A DNA stretch of 59,483 nucleotides, the filler included, from Sluysia triapertura (taxonomy: Eukaryota): NCBI GenBank assembly GCA_046118255.1. It is 4 parts of 4 records of this genome, joined end to end, with 100 filler letters (N's around TTAATTAATTAA, not from the genome) between each part and the next. Parts side by side here need not be neighbours in the genome. Positions count along the whole stretch, not along the records: positions 44,858 to 59,483 come from JBJNIA010253082.1; 3 more parts are not named here. One strand, written 5' to 3'. The notes below the pieces were generated by a model that was given only the letters and a program-made list of their open reading frames with translations, was not told the DNA's origin and ran no database searches. The position numbers and the translations under genes were made by a program. Positions 51,678 to 59,483 of the stretch are shown one piece after another. How positions within the stretch are numbered: the stretch's first letter is position 1; each line of letters starts with the position of its first letter.

Positions 51678-52591
51678 CAAATGACTTTGTTGCATTAAAT
51701 CCACAAAATTTCATATTGCAAAAGCGATCTAAATTTAAGTAATTCAATTTTATTCCCTTATTATTTTACTATGCTCCTATTCAATTTTTTTCTAAAATAT
51801 CCAAATTAATCATTGATTTATTATTTAGTAAATACAAAAATGATACAATAGAAATTTTAAATGGTCATACGAATAATCATAAAAATCATGCAAAATCTGC
51901 TATTACTATTCATTCAATTTCAAATTCTGTAACTCACAACAGTAATGCACCTCCTACAAATGCTATTACGTACGTGAGAATTCAGGATTCTGCAGTTACA
52001 TCAGGTAACAGTATAAACCGCACTTCTGGAATATCAACAGGAACTAATAATTCTGTTTCTAATATTAATTCAAATCTTAACGATAAGCGACCACTTTCAT
52101 TTCAGGAGATTAAATCTCGGTTTACTCAAGGTATTCAGATTACACGCCCACAGTTATGTTATTCGAAATTTATCACTCCTGTTCAAACTGTTGATCGCGG
52201 TATTTATGTAAATAAATTTTTCATACCATTCTATGGAAGTTTTGATCGTGCAAATACTACTACATACGGAGAGAATATTAATAATATTAATCAAACCAAT
52301 ATTGTTTATTGTGAGCTCTGTAATGCTATGACAAAAGGAAATATCAATCTGTATAATCACATACGTATTTCACATCCTGAAGTAAGAATCAACAAAATAT
52401 ATTTTATTTTTTAGGCAAAGTTTTACGATAACGAATGTAAGGCATGCAATAAAAAGTTCTACACACCAGAAGGATTTAAGAATCATTATTCAGATGTGTC
52501 TAAGTCATGTCCCGTTGCAAGAAAATGTGTATTTTGTAATAAATCCGTGTTTTTAGGAGACATTTATTATCACATTTATGAAGAACATAAG
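51678..52591 (+). CDS. Multi-exon C2H2 zinc-finger protein (exons 51678-51738, 51829-52381, 52415-52591)
   Basis: GT-AG junctions are phase-compatible. An Asn/Ser/Thr-rich region is followed by CELC..LYNHIRISH, CKACNKKFYTPEGFKNH and CVFCNKSVFLGDIYYHIYEEH. 33-nt intron at 52382-52414. Confidence 0.72.
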
Positions 52592-54403
52592 GTTGGTTTT
52601 TTATAATTTTTATCTTGATTTAGAGATAAAAATAAGTATATTATTTCATGTAATAAAAATGAATATTTGTGTATTTCAAATGTCTGTCATAAATTAAGAC
52701 TGACTCTAACAGGAACGATTCTATCACCAATTGAAATAATTTATGTATTGATACCGGTATATTATAAGAACCAAATGAAGACGATGACGCAGATAAAGAA
52801 TATTTTTTCCTTTAAAAGAAGTCATTAACACACACAAAATGAGTTTAACCTCTAGTAAATGACTTAGGTCATTATAGAGGGCAGTCTTGTAGCATTTGTA
52901 CTTAACAGTTGTGGTTGTTTTCATTATTCTCGTATATTAATTGCTATCATCAATAGTTTGTGCTTATTCTTTCTCTATATACTGAAATATATTTAGAAAT
53001 TCTCTTTTTGCTTATATAAAACCTTAGGATCAAAAATTATTCTTTTCTCTTTGACTTATTAAGCGACATTATTTCTACAAACATTATGTGCATCGTCTGT
53101 TATTAAATTTATCTGTATACAAGTATTTTTAACTATTACTAACAAAACGAACCTACAAAATTGATATTTCGTTTATAAGGCTGATAAATAACTACAAAAG
53201 CAATAGATAATATACAATAATTCAAGTGTACAATTTTAGTATTTAATATTTAAAATATTTATAGATAGGCTAAACTACCTCAAAAAATTTTTAAATCACT
53301 GTCTTAAACAAGGAAAAATCCTTAAACATGAATAATTTACGAATACTGACTCTCTGATCTGTTGACTAATAAATTGACTTGTTTAACAATAGTACTGGGA
53401 TCAATGTATAAGTAGATTCGGAGTGGTAGTCAACCAAGATTACGGCGAAAAATAATCCAATAGGATTAAAATGAATGAACAGACACTGTACATCGAATGA
53501 ATTAAAAGTACCATATATCATGAACGAAAAATCATATTCACTAATTCAGTTTATAAAACTTTGTTATCTTAGCGTTTTGTACTAATTCATTATGGTGTGA
53601 TGTCTCTTAAATTTATTTTTTATTGAAAGGAAAAGTATGGGCGTAATGTCAGTAATATTAATGTGCATATTTTCTGGCTCCGTCCTATGTTTATTTGATA
53701 TATTTTATTAATTTTATAATTTATTATTATAATTAAGTACTAAGGGCAAAATTAAGAGTCAATTGCAAAGAGTAGGTTCAAGGTCATAATAGCTAGTAGA
53801 AAATGAACTAAAAATAGCAGTTTACAAAAATTAAGTAATTTTTTAAAGTTATAACACTAATCTTTTATATTTGTCGTTATGATTTTGATTATATTTACGT
53901 TAAATTACATTTGAGAGATGCTGTAATAATTCAAAATCGTTAATATTATCTATTTTGTTTCTGAAAATGTATTTTGGGTTAAGTTTTTTCGTCGACTTAA
54001 AGCCTGGCGAAACCAAACAAGTAACTATAACACAACAATAATTTTAATAATAATATTAAACAATCGTGCTAAATTTTGATTGTAAATTTTGTATGATCGT
54101 ATGCAATATTATAAGTTATGTTCTGAATATATATTGAATTTGCTTTGTGGTGTTATGTAACGATTGCTATTGTTTTCCTTTTGTGAAAAAGTAAAGGATA
54201 GTTTATTGCGTTCATAGTCAGATATTAAAAGGCATCTTGTAACTGTTGATCGTAGACTATCCTGACTACTTAGCAGAGTATTTGTTTTAAGGGCGATTAG
54301 AGAAAATCACAATGGTAGTATCTAATTTTAGGAATTCCGAGCTGTCAAAAATCTTTTTAATTTAATTTTTTGAATGAAAATTTTTGAGATACAGTGATTA
54401 TTG

Positions 54404-54471
54404 ATTGGTCATCCATCCAGAGGCATTGGAATGAAAACAACATTAATACTTGTTCTGGTTGGATGGTCAAT
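54404..54471. repeat. 68-bp inverted-repeat mini element
   Basis: ATTGGTCATCCATCCAGA...TCTGGTTGGATGGTCAAT (15/18 complementary). Related to 9892-9959. Confidence 0.6.
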
Positions 54472-54749
54472 AGAAACGCATAATTAAATGATTGATGTAT
54501 GACTGTAATTGTAAATTAATGCAGTCACCACTGGTGGTGGTAGTTACCAAATTAATAATTTTAATAAATTAATTGAAAACAAAAATAATAAAAATTAAAA
54601 ATGATGATAATAATAACAAAAATATTATTATTATCCTAAAAACGCATAAACTCTTTGTTTTCTAAATTAACATGATTTGTCTTGTGAATCTCTTGAATTT
54701 CTGAACATATTAAACTTGTAAAAGTAAATGAACCTTACATAATTGTGAA

Positions 54750-55505
54750 ATTGCGATGTTACGACTTAAAGAGGTTATAAGGTTATAAAACGTTTTAATC
54801 AAATTTTACTTGCAGGTTGCTAGTTTTATATGAATTTTAAATATACATTAATATTATGAAAGAATTAATATTTGGATGTTGGTAAGTCGTAGGTTAAAAG
54901 TGTGTTGAAAGAGAGTAGTTTAGAGGATGAAAAGAACATAAGTTATAGTCTAGCTTTTAGTATGTTCGAAAGATGATTATACAATGTTAAAAATGTGATT
55001 TATTTTCTTGATATGTTTAAGTAGTGCTGTTTTTGTGTGCAGTTGAAATAAAATGATGTAGATCATGAATTTCAAATGTTTGAATTAATTTGAAGGTATC
55101 TGGTAGTTTATTTCGCATGTGATTGTAGTTAGATTGTTCTGAAATGACGAATAAAATATTTTTAATGAATTTCTTTGTGTAATTTAGTGATATTGTATAT
55201 GATTGTGGTTTGAATGTTATAAGGTTGTAGGTTTGAAATGTTTTGAAAAAAATGGAAGTTGATTTGGTGGATGTGAACAGGAATAAGGTTGTGAAGAATT
55301 CTGAGAGGTTGTGTGATGTTGAAACGAGTATGATTTTAATTATTTTTGTATTAATTGTGAATTTGAAAAATGTGAGTTGTCGATTTTGGGAGTGAATATT
55401 ATGTTGGCAAAAACTTGTGTAAAAGGAATGTTTTTAATGGATTTTTGAAAATGTGTAATATACGTTTTTAATAAAATTTGTTAAGGCAATAGGTTGGCCA
55501 CCACA
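54750..55505 (-). repeat. Family C-like LTR-type repeat
   Basis: - strand starts TGTGGTGGCCAAC at 55505, followed by the same strong C/A strand skew as other family C copies. Distal boundary approximate. Confidence 0.5.
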
Positions 55506-57336
55506 CGAGCGACTAGATGAACGACAAATTTGATGTCCCATATGATTCGAAAAATTAAAGTAGTTTTGACATTTACCAGATAAGAAATAAATGAATACAA
55601 GTCTTCGAATAAATTTTATCAGGAAAATAGTGATATTTTGTATCATAAAAAGTCGTGTCAAGCATGTAAGTAGGATACATAGACTTAGAAATATAACATG
55701 TAGAGTGAAATAATGGAAAGACTATAGCATTGGGTCTTGTTTTCAATTTTTAAGAAATGATTTAAACTCATTAAACAAAATCTTTCAAATTTATCATTTA
55801 CTTTACAATTGTAGAAAATGATATAATTAAATTTAGTTATAAAATTTTTTCATTATTGGAAGAAATTACATAAAAAGCGAAAACAATTAACGATTAATAG
55901 ATTAACCAATATTACTTAGCATTCATCACAATCAAAAATAATAAATACAATGAGATTTATTAATAAATCATTGTCAAACGAATGCAAAAGATTAACGCAT
56001 CCTAATGAATCCGTGGCAGTAAATATTGCAGTAAAGTAAATTCCTAATGTTAGCTTTAGTTGTAGATCGCCATATTGTTCATTGAATGATAGATTGGTAT
56101 TAACAAAACATATAATCAGTTTATAACATTCATAAGTACCAACTTAGACATTTAGTTTAGAAAAGTTGCAATATTCCTTATATCTTTAGTCATGATAAAA
56201 GTGTTTAAACCTCATTGATCAATCTAACTGTTACACAATCTCCCAAAAGGTATACTTGTATTCATTAAACATTACTAACATGTTTAACGAGATTCTTGAA
56301 CATAATTTGATTAACATGACTTTTTGTTTTACCTTGAATTGCAAAACCAAGCATGCCTTTAAGTTTGCATTTGTAGATAAAACATTTCTTCGTCAAGGTA
56401 TTACATACAGGAAAATGGTTGCAACTAAATTTTTATAGATTTTATTTTTATTATAATTTTTTAATTATTTTTAATATTACATTTTAAATTTAATTTCACT
56501 TGCTTACCGAATACTGTTATGACACTACTGCGAACTACAATTTGTTAATTACAAATGCCACATATCAATATACTTAAGGATATTATACAGGAAACGTTAA
56601 AACACCAATGACAAGTAAAAGCAGAATGGAATACTTATTGAGATTAAAATTTGAAAATGACACTTAATGGCGCGTTCTTTAGATTCTGATAATTATGAAA
56701 ACAGGAATAAATAATTATTGAATTTTAATACAAATGATAAGATCTCGCCAAATGCAGAAAATAATTTCTTTTGGTCCGATTTATTAATTATTTATATTGA
56801 AGTCATCGGTCCTTAAAAATACATGAAATTCATTTTTTAATGAATAAATTAAGAATTTCTTCGCCGCAATGTTTAATTGAGTTGATTTGATTTTACATCT
56901 TGGTTAAGCATGGCTAAATAAAGCATTTCTTTAGAAATCATTGCACTTCAGTATTCGCGGAGTGTTTAGTGTGCTCCTGGTTTTCCGTAATAGACGAAAA
57001 AGTATATAATAGGCGTTTAATAAAGGCAAACGAAAGCTTTGTTGGTTTATTCAGTGAATATTGGATTTGAGATTTAACTTAGATAGGTGGAACATTTATT
57101 AAATTGTTGAATGTATCATTAGTTACGTATTTAGCAGATGCATTAGATTAGTTTATAATGTTGAAAATTAATTATTGTTACTATTATTATGTAAACGCGT
57201 AAAATTTTAAATTTAAATATTTTTAATATCTTTTATAGTTTTTATAATATTTATAAAAACTTTTACCGGAAGTTTAACGACATAAATTTCCCTTTTAGAA
57301 AAACACAAGTAAAATGTACATATTTTGTTTATTTAA

Positions 57337-57722
57337 TGTGGGGAATTCATCACAAATCCATCACATAAAAACACTCCACATGTACACAGACTATTAAACA
57401 AACTATTAAACTCATTCAAAAACAAACACGATCATCACATCTAATTGTCATGAACTATCGCTATTATTATTACGATTCAGATCATATTAAAATATACGTA
57501 AAAATTACAGTCATTATGGTTATATATAAATACCAAATAATAACTTTCATGATACGACTGAATTAAAACAATTTGAAAATATTATTTTTATCTTTATCAA
57601 CGTAGGCTTAAGGCCTGAAACAATTAAAAACAATAACAATTAATAAATTGACAAAATCTGTAAACATGTAAAAAATAACATTTGAACAATAATATAATAA
57701 ATACATAGTTATAACTTGAATA
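57337..57722 (+). repeat. Family D copy 2 followed directly by module M
   Basis: 57337-57554 matches 22050-22296 (+). 57556-57722 matches the reverse complement of ~23538-23700 (core TAGGCTTAAGGCCTGAAACAATTAAAA). Confidence 0.8.
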
Positions 57723-57799
57723 AAAATAAATAAACTAGAAAATAAACCAGAGCACCGTGTAAAAGAATACAGTAAAGAATGCGTTCTACTTAATCTACC

Positions 57800-58100
57800 T
57801 GGATTTTTTGAACAATTGTTCCTGGCTTGATTCTATCTAGTTTGTAGAAATCATTTTTATCTACATCGTTATACAGGTCAGTGAACATGGATTCGCCATT
57901 ACCATACTCGAGTAGCAGAAATGAAAATTATTTTCATCTTCATAGACATCATTGAACTTGGATTTGCCATAAGTATTTCTGGTAGGAGTCATCATTATTT
58001 TCATCTTGATATGCAACATTGAACTTGATTTTGTCAAGTGCACTTTCGTTGAATGAGTTGCTTTTGCATAGCATGATTTCTGAGTTTGTTCAATTTTCTC
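57800..58100 (-). pseudogene. Decayed coding fragment, weakly protein-kinase-like (subdomain IV-V)
   Basis: With one frameshift: KFNDVYEDENNFHF/LLEYGNGESMFTDLY. Preceded by a duplicated KFNVAYQDENN. No HRD or DFG motif seen. Confidence 0.25.
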
Positions 58101-59483
58101 GTTTGAAATTTTGTTGTATCTGGTTTTTCTCCAAAATATTTTAAACTTTTTAAAACAAATATTTCATTTTAGTTTATCTTCGACAGCCGTGTTTTTCTCA
58201 TTTGTTGCAGCATAATTTTTTAATCAATAATACCTACACACACTTTTCTTGCAGCATCTATTGTGTGCAGTTTTTAATGACTCTGATAAATTTTCCGTCA
58301 ATTTTGTATGTGCCACAATCTAGCTAATCTTATCTCTTTTCTAATTTATTAACTAATACGAAATACATGTGTACATATTAGCCTTTCTTTTTTTGTTGTA
58401 CACAATCTTCACTAATGTATAAGATGATTATCCCAAGAAATGTGAATTGCATTTAGAATAGCCAATTAAAATTTGATTTGATTACTAGATTAGATTAATC
58501 CATAATCTATTTGTCAGCCATAGTGGCTTGATTCATGTGAAATAAAATTATTATATTATTATTATTAAGCTCTGTATTAGGTTTAACATTTTCTATCCGA
58601 TAATGGCAGTTTGTTCTTACTTTTATTTCATATTCTTTATTAATAATTTCATCAATTTCAAGTGTACTTGACATCATTTTAGATTTTCCATTTAGAGCCA
58701 ATATCCCATTTAAATCATAATCTTGTATATTTTCACATTTAAATCCTTCAGAAGACTCCTGAACATTGCTAAATATTTCGGATTATGTGGAATGCACCCA
58801 GTCTCAAACTTGATAATTTTCTGAAATTTTTTCATTTCTCGAACTTTCAATTTCATTTGGAATATCTAATGTATTTGTAATGTGGAAATTTTTATTAACT
58901 TAAGGTTCCTTAGAAACTTCAGATAATTAAACATCCGCATTCTGAGTACTGTTTTGTTTTTTAGCGTGTTCAGATTGTAAAAGAAAAGGGTAAAATGTAG
59001 AAGCAGAGTATTCACTCTTAAAGAAAGGTAGATGGAATTTTGTAGAAATTTCATTGTAATTATATCCAATTTTTATTTTAAGCTTTATAGATTTTTATGT
59101 TTATATATTTAGGTTCCTGTTTTGTGTTATAAATATGCCATTTTTGTTTTCACAGTTTTATATTCTAAATTATACAATCATTCTAAAATTAAAATTTTAA
59201 TTCATGAGAATAGTTGCATGTGGTTATTGTATTGTGTTTTTTAATATTTGATATGATAGGCATTACTGATAAGCTTTTTCTGATATGGGTCATAAAGATT
59301 TTAATAAAATTTGTTCATATGCTTCTAAAATCACATTATTGAGGCTAAGCTGATATAACTTATACAATCAAGATATCTATTCATCGAATTAGAAAGTTAT
59401 CGGTTGTATAAAGTCGATATTAATCACAACACTATTAAGTAATTTCCAGAGCTATTTAAGAAAGTTTTTAAGAAGCACTTTTT

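Overview
Very AT-rich eukaryotic (animal) genomic DNA. It is most consistent with a flatworm-like lophotrochozoan; this is an inference from the protocadherin and DEG/ENaC style and the apparent ~33-nt mini-introns. The window is four contigs joined by artificial 100-bp N/TTAATTAATTAA linkers, so adjacency across gaps is unproven. Supportable host genes: a large first exon of a DEG/ENaC channel (- strand, 27302-28707), two in-phase exons of a protocadherin-like gene (- strand, 37258-37563 and 33142-33358), and two atypical C2H2 zinc-finger genes (+ strand, ~46.8-47.4 kb and ~51.7-52.6 kb). Decayed sequences: a Sec24C/D pseudogene fragment, a His/Tyr/Lys/Asp-rich tandem-repeat protein pseudogene, and mariner, plant-type (DD39D-like) mariner and piggyBac transposase relics. 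The rest is dominated by nested TG...CA LTR-like repeat families, MITEs, two long inverted-repeat elements and microsatellites. The most notable item is a ~150-bp TG...CA element carrying a tRNA-like Pol III unit. It occurs twice; one copy has a 4-bp TSD supported by an empty-site paralog in the window, matching a Helenus-type TRIM solo LTR. No prokaryotic-type system (CRISPR etc.) is present. All alignments and translations were done by eye.
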